From Nanobdellota archaeon (lineage in GTDB: Archaea; Nanobdellota; Nanobdellia; Woesearchaeales; JAHWHD01): DNA of 20,140 bases. Under the pieces are notes generated by a model, which was not told where the DNA came from, did no database searches, and saw only the letters and a program-made list of their open reading frames with translations. The stretch is from assembly GCA_034722435.1 (NCBI GenBank), contig JAYENX010000006.1, forward strand, positions 1-20,140. Direction: 5' to 3'. A program made the translations under genes and the position numbers. Of the stretch, positions 7,913 to 16,610 are shown one piece after another. Positions within the stretch are counted from its first letter, which is position 1, and every line of letters begins with the position of its first letter.

Positions 7913-8757
7913 CTTTGGTATACGGGTTCAAGTTTTGGTATTTCTGGAACTTTGGAAATTGCATACGCGAGCCAGTTTGCATGAGGCTGTGTTTGGTCTT
8001 CAATTGTAGTGGTTATTTGGTTCTCTGCTAATAATTCTAGTTGTTCTTTAAAGTCTTTAGCAGATTGTACAATAATTGTTTTTCCTGTTAAAAATTTTTT
8101 TTGTGCTGTAATCATGTATGCGCAAGCTTTGTTATAAGCCATAACTAAATGTGGCAGGATTAAGCTGTCGGTAGGAGTTGTTACATCTATAAGCGCATCG
8201 TCTAAAGCTGGTAAGAAAATGTGTGCTTGGTTAGAGTTCCTTCTTAATTGTTCATATGCATAATCTTTTCTTGATTTAAATGAAGCTTTAAGTTCGGGGA
8301 CATTACGCATCGCGTATTGCATGAACTGAAGTTGTCTTATGGTTTGAACACGTCTTTTTTTGCTTTTGGCAGTAGCGTATTTCATGTTTTCTGTTACTGC
8401 TCTTGACATTGATTCAAGGTATTGGTCAAAAGCGTTATGGATATCTCTACCTCTGAACATTTTTCTGTCGAATTCAGTTGAGGATATTGCTGGTTGCAGC
8501 ATTGGAACAAGATTTTCTGGTAGTGAACTACTTGCCGCTTTCATAAGTACAAAGTAATCTGCTAAATGTGTTAGTGCTTTTGCTTCAAGTTGGACTTTGC
8601 CTGGTTCTGTTTCAAGAAAATCTGATACTTCTTCTTTATGTTGTCTAATCATTTCTTGATGTAGAGCACTTTTTCTGCGTAACATTTCAGTTAAAATCTT
8701 TTTTTCGCTTGTAGTAGGTAATCTACCTAAGAATTCTTCTAAATTTAATTCAGCCAT
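7909..8757 (-). CDS. Hypothetical helical protein
   Basis: 282-aa ORF with a GAGGGG ribosome-binding site just upstream and a 4-nt convergent stop overlap with the previous gene. No recognisable motif. Confidence 0.75.
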   Translation of the reverse strand: MAELNLEEFLGRLPTTSEKKILTEMLRRKSALHQEMIRQHKEEVSDFLETEPGKVQLEAKALTHLADYFVLMKAASSSLPENLVPMLQPAISSTEFDRKMFRGRDIHNAFDQYLESMSRAVTENMKYATAKSKKRRVQTIRQLQFMQYAMRNVPELKASFKSRKDYAYEQLRRNSNQAHIFLPALDDALIDVTTPTDSLILPHLVMAYNKACAYMITAQKKFLTGKTIIVQSAKDFKEQLELLAENQITTTIEDQTQPHANWLAYAISKVPEIPKLEPVYQS

Positions 8758-8881
8758 AATAAACCCCTCTTTAATTTTAAATATATATTATTAATGAAGT
8801 ATATTTAAAATCTTTTATAACTATTTCGCAAATTTATGTATGAAATGAGTTTTTACTTGAAAGTGTTGAATTGTTAGAGGA

Positions 8882-10069
8882 TTAGTCAATTAGGTTAGCA
8901 TTAACATTAAATTTTTTTAAACTGAAAAGTATCATGCTACCTATCATGATGGTTGCCGCTGCACCCATTAGAACTGAGTTGATGGAGTATAAATCTATAA
9001 GTTTACCTATGGATACGTATAGGCCTGCACCGATTAAGTTGTAGACTAAACTTTTTACTGATAATACTGTTGCTCTGCTTTGTGATTTAATATGGCTGTT
9101 AAGGTAATCTTCGAACACTATTTCTTGGAATGCGATGACTCCGTAAAATATTGCGAAAGCAATAATTAAAGCTGTAAATCCTGCTACGCTGAATACTATG
9201 TATAGAATAACGTGAGATACGAGGATAAATGTTAAAGATGCTTTTTCTTTAAGTTTATTTTCAATCTTATGTGTGTACCAGGATATTAATGCTCGGACGC
9301 CCATCATTCCTGCGAATAGTATACCAAAGAATTTTACATCAAGACCCGCGGATACGAGAAGAGGTTGTTGCCAAAAATCAAAGAAGAATTCTACGCCTAT
9401 ACTGGATAAAAAGAAAAAACCTATTAGCCACATGATTTGTTTATTTTTTAAAGTGTACTTCAAACCTTTAATTGTTTGGTTCCAATGATTTTTTAGGTTA
9501 AGTTTTTTGTGCCATTTATATGGTTCTACCATTGTAGATACAACTATTGCGGCTGCAATATATACTGCGCCGGTTACTATAAATCCTAGTCTTGGGTTTA
9601 TTGTAAAAAGGTAAGGTCCCAAGAATACTCCTATAATTGATGCTATTGTGTTATACGTATTGATTTTGCCTCTAATCTTTTTGTATTGTTTTCTTTTTCC
9701 TATTCTTTTTATAGAGTCGTAGAGAAGTGCTACGTCTGCACCTGATATGAATGAGAATGCAATTCCCATGATTAATGCAATCATGTAATAGTGCATGGGT
9801 AGGTTCATAAATCCAATCGCTACAAATCCTGTACCGTTGAGAATGCAAGATGTCATGACTGCTTTTTTTCTGCCAATCAAGTCTGCGAGTGCACCTGTTG
9901 GAAGTTCAAGTAAGACTATAACAATGGCGAATATTGTTTCATGAATACCTATGTTTGTAAAATTAAAACCTAGCCATAGGAGGTACAAAGTACTTATCAT
10001 CCATATTAGTCTAATATGGTCTATGGCGGAGTAAATGCCAAATTTCCAGATGTTGTCTCTAACATGCAT
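8882..10069 (-). CDS. MFS transporter
   Basis: About 12 hydrophobic helices in two halves, motif A (LPTGALADLIGRKK), GADVALLYDS, and RATVLS in the second half. Confidence 0.93.
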   Translation of the reverse strand: MHVRDNIWKFGIYSAIDHIRLIWMISTLYLLWLGFNFTNIGIHETIFAIVIVLLELPTGALADLIGRKKAVMTSCILNGTGFVAIGFMNLPMHYYMIALIMGIAFSFISGADVALLYDSIKRIGKRKQYKKIRGKINTYNTIASIIGVFLGPYLFTINPRLGFIVTGAVYIAAAIVVSTMVEPYKWHKKLNLKNHWNQTIKGLKYTLKNKQIMWLIGFFFLSSIGVEFFFDFWQQPLLVSAGLDVKFFGILFAGMMGVRALISWYTHKIENKLKEKASLTFILVSHVILYIVFSVAGFTALIIAFAIFYGVIAFQEIVFEDYLNSHIKSQSRATVLSVKSLVYNLIGAGLYVSIGKLIDLYSINSVLMGAAATIMIGSMILFSLKKFNVNANLID

Positions 10070-10090
10070 CGAGTGATTAATATAAATTGG

Positions 10091-10138
10091 ATTTATAAAT
10101 ATTTAGTAATTTAAAAAATAAAAGATAAGTTATATAAA
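10091..10138. promoter_or_regulatory. Back-to-back TATA boxes for the divergent MFS (-) and HAD (+) genes
   Basis: atTTATAAat at 10091-10100 lies about 25 nt from the MFS start; aaagataag-TTATATAA at 10121-10137 lies about 24 nt before ATG 10161. Both fit leaderless transcripts. Confidence 0.5.
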
Positions 10139-10160
10139 TTCGAGTTTAGTTATTTTTATC

Positions 10161-10766
10161 ATGATTAAAGTAATTTATTTTGATATAGGTGGCGTTATAG
10201 TTACTGACGGTTTTGCTAGGGCGGCTTCTTTATTTTCTAAAGAGTTAAACATTGATGAGGAAAAATTGTTTGATGCTTATATTAAAACAGATGATTGGAA
10301 ATATTCTGCAGGAAAGATTGGGATTGAAAGATGGGATAATTTTTTTAAAGAGTTAAATTTAAAAAATATCGATGTTCAAAAGTTTGTTGATTTATGGCAT
10401 TCCATATTTGTGCCAATAGATGAAACAATTAGTTTAATTCAGAAATTGCACGGAAAATATTTGTTAGGGATTTTAGCAGATCAACCTAAAGATATTTTAC
10501 CTTATTTTGAAAGATATTCATTTTTAGATTTATTTGATTTAAGAGTAATTTCTTGTGAAGTGGGTCATAGTAAGGATGAAGGGAATTTAAATATTTATGA
10601 AATTGCTGTAGATTTAGCAAAAGTAAAATCTGAAGAAATATTATTTATTGATAATAATCAAAAAAATTTAGATAATGCTGCTAAATTAGGTATTAAAACT
10701 TTACTTTATAAGAATAATGAACAACTTAAGAAAGAATTAGTTTCTTTTTCAATAAAACTTAATTGA
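10161..10766 (+). CDS. HAD-superfamily hydrolase, subfamily IA (YihX-like DxGG type)
   Basis: Motif I YFDIGGV, motif II LAD, motif III Lys in HSKDE, motif IV FIDNNQKN, then AAKLGIKT. Confidence 0.92.
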   Translation: MIKVIYFDIGGVIVTDGFARAASLFSKELNIDEEKLFDAYIKTDDWKYSAGKIGIERWDNFFKELNLKNIDVQKFVDLWHSIFVPIDETISLIQKLHGKYLLGILADQPKDILPYFERYSFLDLFDLRVISCEVGHSKDEGNLNIYEIAVDLAKVKSEEILFIDNNQKNLDNAAKLGIKTLLYKNNEQLKKELVSFSIKLN

Positions 10767-10813
10767 GTTTGATTTTTAATTGTAACTATAATTATTAAGA
10801 GTAACATTTTTAA

Positions 10814-11344
10814 ATGCGAACCATTATAATTCTTTATATGAAACTAACAGACGATACTGAAACCTTTGCGATTCCTATGGTCTCTTGCATTATTGAGAGG
10901 GTTAAGAAAGGTGAAACTGAAGTGTTGGTTCAGACTAGGTGGAAGCCTCAGGATGATCCTAAGTATTCAGGATTGTTTGAGTTACCCGGTGGTAAGGTTA
11001 GAAAGTTTGAGAATATTTTCAAGTGTCTCAAACGTGAAGTGTATGAAGAGACGGGTTTGAATGTTGTTAAGGTTACTTCTGAAAAAACTAAAAAGTATTC
11101 TGTTAAGAAAGATGGCGCGTTTGCGTTTAAACCGTTTTGTTGTATTCAGCAGGTTAAAGCTGGAAGGCCTTGGATAGGGTTTGTGTTTGTAGTTGAAGTT
11201 TCTGGTAGGCTTAAAAAGAACGGTGATGATACTAAAGACGTGCATTGGATAAAGAAAAAAGATTTGAAGACAATATTTGATAAAACTCCTAAAGAGATAT
11301 TTACATTGCATTTAGGTGCTTTGGATATGTATTTTAAGAGTTAG
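10814..11344 (+). CDS. Nudix hydrolase
   Basis: Exact Nudix box GKVRKFENIFKCLKREVYEETGL (GX5EX7REUXEEXGU). The start may be ATG 10838. Confidence 0.95.
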   Translation: MRTIIILYMKLTDDTETFAIPMVSCIIERVKKGETEVLVQTRWKPQDDPKYSGLFELPGGKVRKFENIFKCLKREVYEETGLNVVKVTSEKTKKYSVKKDGAFAFKPFCCIQQVKAGRPWIGFVFVVEVSGRLKKNGDDTKDVHWIKKKDLKTIFDKTPKEIFTLHLGALDMYFKS

Positions 11345-11353
11345 ACAATTTAG

Positions 11354-11361
11354 TTTTTTTT
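11354..11361 (+). terminator. T8 tract, probable terminator
   Basis: Eight consecutive T, 9 nt after the Nudix stop. Confidence 0.45.
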
Positions 11362-11403
11362 GATATTTCACTATTGATTTCTATAAAGTATATATCTAAT
11401 AAG

Positions 11404-11418
11404 GATAATGCATATATA
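11404..11418 (+). promoter_or_regulatory. Probable BRE-TATA promoter of the HAD / TPR-kinase operon
   Basis: GATAAT (fits BRE consensus RNWAAW) then gCATATATA, 47 nt before ATG 11451. The same 12-mer is at the same distance before trpS. Confidence 0.45.
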
Positions 11419-11450
11419 ATGTGCTCACTTATATTTAAATGGAGGTTGAT

Positions 11451-12428
11451 ATGAATTTAGAATCTAAATTTAAACATGTAAAGAAGGTTATATTAGATGC
11501 AGGTGGCTGCATTCTTAAGGTTGATAAGATTGAGTATTCTGATGAAGCTGTAATTCAAAATATATCTGCTAAATATATTTCAAGAGATTCTGATATTGAA
11601 CGGTTGGTCAGGGTTCTTTTTAGGGAGGTTAAGAATTTTGCAAATAGGATTCCTGGTGTAACTTATGATAAAATTATTACTTCAATATATGAAGGTGTTA
11701 ATTGGTATTTTTCTAAGACGCATAATGTTGAAAAGATAAAGAAACGTGTAAGGCGTGCGATTTTTCGTAAATCGAAGAGTAGATTACCTGATAAACATAT
11801 TTATATTGCTGAGGCAAAAAAGTTGAAGCATGTATATGAGGGTGATAAAGGTCTTCAGGCTTATGAATTTACAAAACAATTTCTTGAACATCTTAATCGA
11901 AGTTCGTTAGATTATGCAATACTTACGGATGCGCCTCATTCTGCGCAGGATATTAGGCATGCTTTGATGAAGTATGGTGTACCTCCTGAAAGAGTTATAC
12001 CTTCGCAAGAGATTGGAACATTAAAATCTGAGTCTGATCTTCCGTATATAGCTGCAATGTTATTATTGTATAAAGGTTGGGATGCATATCAAAGTTTAAT
12101 ACTTGAACGACTTGATGAAATTCAAGATAGGATAGGTTTACTTCGAGGGATGCGCGATCTTTCAAAAATTGTTAACGTGTTGGGTTTAGATGGGCAGAAG
12201 CTTAAGCAAGACTTTGCAAGTACTGCCGGGTTTTTTGATTCGCCAGAGGAACATTGGAGAGCTTATTCTTTAGGTTTGAGATCTTTTCATGTACAAAGAC
12301 AAGCATACATACATCACGGTTTTTTTACTGTTCCAGATCTTAGCCAGGCAATACCGCGGTTGGGGCAATTAGAGGAACGGCTTGAAAAGAATCCTGAGGC
12401 TAATAATTACGATATTCAAAATGACTAA
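11451..12428 (+). CDS. Divergent HAD-like hydrolase with an insertion
   Basis: ILDAGGC (motif I), ILTD (II), TLKS (III), FFDSPEEH..AYSLGLRSFHV (IV-like). GGAGG at 11441-11445 supports ATG 11451. Confidence 0.7.
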   Translation: MNLESKFKHVKKVILDAGGCILKVDKIEYSDEAVIQNISAKYISRDSDIERLVRVLFREVKNFANRIPGVTYDKIITSIYEGVNWYFSKTHNVEKIKKRVRRAIFRKSKSRLPDKHIYIAEAKKLKHVYEGDKGLQAYEFTKQFLEHLNRSSLDYAILTDAPHSAQDIRHALMKYGVPPERVIPSQEIGTLKSESDLPYIAAMLLLYKGWDAYQSLILERLDEIQDRIGLLRGMRDLSKIVNVLGLDGQKLKQDFASTAGFFDSPEEHWRAYSLGLRSFHVQRQAYIHHGFFTVPDLSQAIPRLGQLEERLEKNPEANNYDIQND

Positions 12429-15400
12429 TTCGAAAACTGGGATAGAGAAAAGAACTTTAGAGAGTTTACTTGATAAAGCTCAGAAGTATATTGAAGATGC
12501 AAAGTTTGCAATTGATGATTTTAATTATTCAAATGCTGTTATTTCGTGTGTTGCTTTGATTCATGTAGTGGGTAATCAGTTAGGTGATGTTCATCCTGAT
12601 GATAATTTAAAAACTAGAGTTAATGAAAGTCTTGACCTGATTAGGATGTCAATGACAGAATTAGGTAAGGCTGAAATTGAAACTTCTGAAAGTTATGACC
12701 AAATTTATCGAATTATGCAATTTCTTGAAAAGCCTGAACTGTTGAAAACTATACAGATGCCTTTGAAAGTGAAATCTTTATTGCACAGAGTCTTAGGCGA
12801 TCTTTGTTTTAAGGAGCATGATTATGAAGCTGCGGAAATAAGTTATAAAGCATCTCTTGCAGTAAAGCCAACTCCTGCTGATATGGTGCGGTTTAAGCAG
12901 AGAGGTCGTATAAAGACGTTTAAGAAAACTGATTTTAATACACGTTATTTACTTGCTACATCTTATCTTGAACATGCGAAATTTTTAATGGGTGATTTGG
13001 ATGTGCAAATTGAGGTTCGGGATACATCGTTTATGCAGGAAACTGTAAAACAGATTAAACAAAAGTTATCTCTTGCAGCATCAACGTTTAAAAGTGTAAT
13101 ATTTAAAGATAGGCGTCGAACGGTAAAACGTAATGCTCGAATTAATCTTGGTCATGTTTATCTTAAACAGTTAGAGCTTTATTCGAATTATCCTCGATTT
13201 TTGCATGGTACTAATCTGGAAAGGGATGCGAGAAGGTCTGCAGAACGTGCAAAGGCTGTTTTTGAAGAGGAGCTCGCAGAGGATAGTATAAAACAAGTGC
13301 ATCGGTCTAAAGCTTTTAAGCATAGGGGTTCTGAGAAAGATTTTGATAGTTTAATCTTTAATGATCCAATGAGTGATGATCTTCAATATTTTATGGGTTT
13401 ACTTTACATGTCAAAGTTTGTTGGTGCTGATAAGGGGGCTTGCGAATTTTTGAAAGCTGTTTCTTCAGATTCTGAGCATTATTCTGAAGCTAGATTAAAA
13501 CTTGCTATTGCGTTAAGTAATATTGGTGCACGTAATAAACAACCTTCTGAAGAAGCAATAAATATTCTTGAGAATCTTGTTAAATCTGAATCTAATTTGG
13601 ATGCGATGGTTCAGGCAGGAAGGCTTTATAGTGATTACGGAAATTATAATAAAGCTCTTAAACATTATGGTAAGGCTTATGCTTTAGCTCATAAATCAGG
13701 TGATAATCAGAAGCTTCTTCTTCAGGCGCTTGTTGGTCTTTGGACTTGTCATAGGAGGCAGTCGAATGTTGAAGATATTTATTTAAAAAATAAACATAGA
13801 AAAGCAGCTTCTAGGATTATGGGGAAAATAGTTGAGGTCCATGAACGAGTTGGAGATCTTGATGCAGTAATTAAACAATATAGTGAAATAATTAGTGCAG
13901 GTAGTAAACAAGAAGGGATTGATGTAATGGAGACTCTTGAATTGTGTTATCTTCGTAAAGGGTATTTGGAAGAAATCCTTAGACCTATCAACGATTCAAT
14001 TTCGGCTGATCCTGATAATTCTAGTAATTTTTTTGAGAGAGGATTGGTGCTTTATACTTTAGGTAATTATACTAAGGCTGCTGTTGATTTTAATCGTGCA
14101 TTGAATATTAAATTTCTTAGAGGTGGTTCGCTTGACGAGGTTGCTAGTTTATGTATGTTAGGTTGTTCTTATATGAATTCAGGTAGGAGGGCTTATGGAC
14201 ATAAAATGCTTAAGCGTGCGCTTGTAAAAACGTATAAACTTTCTGATATTGATTCCAGGTTTCAACAAGATCTTGATCCTGTGAGGCAGGTTTTTACGCT
14301 TCCTATTGAAGAGGTTTTAAGTTTTAAGATTAAGAGAGGATTGAATGTGGCTGAGGAATTCTCTAAATCTTATTACATGCATCAAAAACTTGAAAAGAAA
14401 AGTTTGATATCTGAACCTGTTGCTTTGATAAGGCATAAAGGTGAGCCACATTTTGTTACGCTTATACTTCATGGTGAGTCTTATGTTTCTTCTTTGAAAG
14501 ATGGTACCCTTGATAAAATTAAAAGATACGCTGTTAAAGCAATTGCTATGATGGCGAGATTGCATCATGAAGTTAATCTTGGAAAGAATAAAACTGGTAA
14601 TGTTTTTAAAAAAACCAAATCAGTTTCTCAAACTTGGACAACAGCTTTATTTGATTCTAAGAGGTATTTGTCTTTGTCCGAGTTTACTGGAATTAAGAGG
14701 GTGCATGATGCGTGGCGAGGTATTGATAGGTGTGCGAAATCTCTTGACGAACTTTTATATGGGGATAAGATAAAAGATCCTCTTCTTTATGGTGTTGTAC
14801 AGGGGGATTGTCATTGTGGTAACATAATCGATGTGAGCAGGCTTGATTATGATCCTTGTTTGAATCCAAGACACAGACCGTACGTGAGTTTTATTGATAA
14901 TGATCAGGCTCATTATGACCTTTTCTTTTCAGATCTTTATGATTTTCTTGAAGATATACGTAATCAGATACATACTACTAGTTTGAACAAAAACGATTTT
15001 GTGAGGCTTTATTTTTTGTTTAGAAAATCTTTGAATGATTCTAAGGGCGATTTTAAGAATTTGTTAACCGCTGCAATGAATTCTGATAGAAAAGAGTTTA
15101 TGCCTTATGTGGCTAGTTATGGTGATACGGACGAATATGTTGACATGTATGGACTTTATTGTCATGTGAGAGATCCAAAAACATTTGGGATGTTTAGGGC
15201 TTATGAAGCTTCACAAATAAAATCTCCTGATCAAGAGACTGCTGCGTTATATAATCGAAAAAGTAGTCAGATGTTGCACAATCTTGTAAATAATGCTGCA
15301 AGGATTTCAAATACGTACCCTGAGTTAAAATCTTTGAAAAATGTATGGTTACATTATATTAATAAGGGTGGTCTTGGAAATTATTTGAAATGTAATGAAT

Positions 15401-15468
15401 TGCCTGTTAGGAGTTCGAGGGTTAGAAAAGCTTATAGTTCTTTAATGCGTTTTTCTAGAGCTGCATAG
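12421..15468 (+). CDS. Large TPR-repeat protein with a C-terminal aminoglycoside-phosphotransferase/choline-kinase-like domain
   Basis: At least five clear TPR-like units (e.g. LGDLCFKEHDYEAAEISYKASLAVKP; AGRLYSDYGNYNKALKHYGKAY; RGLVLYTLGNYTKAAVDFNRAL). Kinase motifs MARLH, QGDCHCGN (14800-14823) and FIDND (14890-14904). ATG 12421 overlaps the upstream stop (ATGACTAA). Confidence 0.8.
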   Translation: MTNSKTGIEKRTLESLLDKAQKYIEDAKFAIDDFNYSNAVISCVALIHVVGNQLGDVHPDDNLKTRVNESLDLIRMSMTELGKAEIETSESYDQIYRIMQFLEKPELLKTIQMPLKVKSLLHRVLGDLCFKEHDYEAAEISYKASLAVKPTPADMVRFKQRGRIKTFKKTDFNTRYLLATSYLEHAKFLMGDLDVQIEVRDTSFMQETVKQIKQKLSLAASTFKSVIFKDRRRTVKRNARINLGHVYLKQLELYSNYPRFLHGTNLERDARRSAERAKAVFEEELAEDSIKQVHRSKAFKHRGSEKDFDSLIFNDPMSDDLQYFMGLLYMSKFVGADKGACEFLKAVSSDSEHYSEARLKLAIALSNIGARNKQPSEEAINILENLVKSESNLDAMVQAGRLYSDYGNYNKALKHYGKAYALAHKSGDNQKLLLQALVGLWTCHRRQSNVEDIYLKNKHRKAASRIMGKIVEVHERVGDLDAVIKQYSEIISAGSKQEGIDVMETLELCYLRKGYLEEILRPINDSISADPDNSSNFFERGLVLYTLGNYTKAAVDFNRALNIKFLRGGSLDEVASLCMLGCSYMNSGRRAYGHKMLKRALVKTYKLSDIDSRFQQDLDPVRQVFTLPIEEVLSFKIKRGLNVAEEFSKSYYMHQKLEKKSLISEPVALIRHKGEPHFVTLILHGESYVSSLKDGTLDKIKRYAVKAIAMMARLHHEVNLGKNKTGNVFKKTKSVSQTWTTALFDSKRYLSLSEFTGIKRVHDAWRGIDRCAKSLDELLYGDKIKDPLLYGVVQGDCHCGNIIDVSRLDYDPCLNPRHRPYVSFIDNDQAHYDLFFSDLYDFLEDIRNQIHTTSLNKNDFVRLYFLFRKSLNDSKGDFKNLLTAAMNSDRKEFMPYVASYGDTDEYVDMYGLYCHVRDPKTFGMFRAYEASQIKSPDQETAALYNRKSSQMLHNLVNNAARISNTYPELKSLKNVWLHYINKGGLGNYLKCNELPVRSSRVRKAYSSLMRFSRAA

Positions 15469-16396
15469 AAGCTTGTGTCTCTGCGGAGTGCATTATAGTG
15501 ACGACTATTAATGAGAGTCTGTTGAAGACAATAATATTTTCTGTTTTAAGCTTTTTAGATTGTGTGTTAATGTTATCAAAAATTTTTCTTCTTAGTTTAA
15601 GAATTTCAATTACTTTTTTATTGTCGAATTTGAACACTAATTCGTATAACAAATGAAGTGACTTGTTTACATCTTCTAATACCAATATGGCTTTTGGGTC
15701 AAGAATCCATTGTTCGCGAGCAATTTCGAGTGAAATATACTCGTATACTTCCGCAATTAGATCTAGTTCAGAAATTAGGTGATAACTTAAAGAGGTTTTT
15801 TTATAATTGCGATGTCCTCTTTTATTAAGGAGTCTGAGGCAGAAATTAACGAATTTGTTTATAGTTTTATATTTTACTTCTACATTGGATAGACCTTCGT
15901 AATTTTTCTTTTTTATATTTTGTAAGGTTTCCTTTGAGAGATCGGTTAGTAAAAGAAATATCCTTCTTAATACATTGTTGAATTCGTTTTCGGATATTTC
16001 TGATAATTGTTTTATGAGACAACTTTGGTCAGTGTGTCTAATTATTTCTACACCTATGAGTTCGTTAACTTTTTTTTGAATTGTGCTTAGAATTTTGACA
16101 TTCTTTTTCTTTTTTAAATCTCTGGTTAGAGGTTTATTAAAGTGTAGTTCGATTTCGTCAACTCCATTTCTGTAAATGGCTAAGAGGTAATGTTCAATTA
16201 AGAATTTTGGGAGATCTGTGATGTTAACTTTGGCGCATGACGAGGCGTAGTCTTTATCAGAACTTATAATTAAGTTTCTACCTTGTTCAAGCATTTCAAT
16301 TTCGTCACCTGCATTGAAATTATATTTTTTAATCCATTTAGCGGGTAAGGTGATTGTATGCGTTGAATGGCCTTGCTTAATTATCCTCCTTTTCAT
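15455..16396 (-). CDS. phoU: Archaeal phosphate-uptake regulator, AbrB/SpoVT N-terminal domain + PhoU-like domain
   Basis: MKRRIIKQG.STHTITLPAKWIKKY....GDEI (AbrB) followed by YRNGVDEI, GVEII and PhoU-like helical repeats. GGGGGTG immediately upstream supports ATG 16396. Confidence 0.85.
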   Translation of the reverse strand: MKRRIIKQGHSTHTITLPAKWIKKYNFNAGDEIEMLEQGRNLIISSDKDYASSCAKVNITDLPKFLIEHYLLAIYRNGVDEIELHFNKPLTRDLKKKKNVKILSTIQKKVNELIGVEIIRHTDQSCLIKQLSEISENEFNNVLRRIFLLLTDLSKETLQNIKKKNYEGLSNVEVKYKTINKFVNFCLRLLNKRGHRNYKKTSLSYHLISELDLIAEVYEYISLEIAREQWILDPKAILVLEDVNKSLHLLYELVFKFDNKKVIEILKLRRKIFDNINTQSKKLKTENIIVFNRLSLIVVTIMHSAETQASMQL

Positions 16397-16431
16397 ATAG
16401 CACCCCCTTACTATATATGTGGTGATTAAAC

Positions 16432-16447
16432 TATATAAATATTTCTG
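16432..16447 (-). promoter_or_regulatory. BRE-TATA promoter of phoU
   Basis: The minus strand reads CAGAAAta-TTTATATA, 36-43 nt upstream of the start. Confidence 0.55.
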
Positions 16448-16543
16448 TTTCAATAGTGAAAGTTAAATTAGTATATTTTTCTTTGGTATTGGAATATTTT
16501 CTGTTTTTATAAAATTTATTGAAATTGTTTCGACTTTGTACGG

Positions 16544-16558
16544 ATTATCGTCGATAAT
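16544..16558. promoter_or_regulatory. Perfect 7-1-7 palindrome, candidate operator
   Basis: ATTATCG-T-CGATAAT, 5 nt upstream of the trpS promoter candidate. Confidence 0.4.
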
Positions 16559-16563
16559 GGTTT

Positions 16564-16578
16564 GATAATGCATATTAA
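16564..16578 (+). promoter_or_regulatory. Probable BRE-TATA promoter of the trpS operon
   Basis: GATAATgCATATTAA, 47 nt before ATG 16611; matches the element at 11404. Confidence 0.45.
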
Positions 16579-16610
16579 AAAAAATCTCTTTTTAATTATT
16601 GGTGATGTTA

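Noticed and set aside
8437-8457. R-x4-H (RGRDIH) in the orphan helical protein as a HEPN RNase motif
   Set aside because: A short motif that occurs easily by chance; there is no typical RN start and no adjacent MNT-type partner.
12457-12580. HEPN-like N-terminal helix pair in the TPR-kinase (LLDKAQKYIEDAKFAIDDFNYSNAV)
   Set aside because: Equally consistent with a TPR-like hairpin, and no Rx4-6H motif follows.
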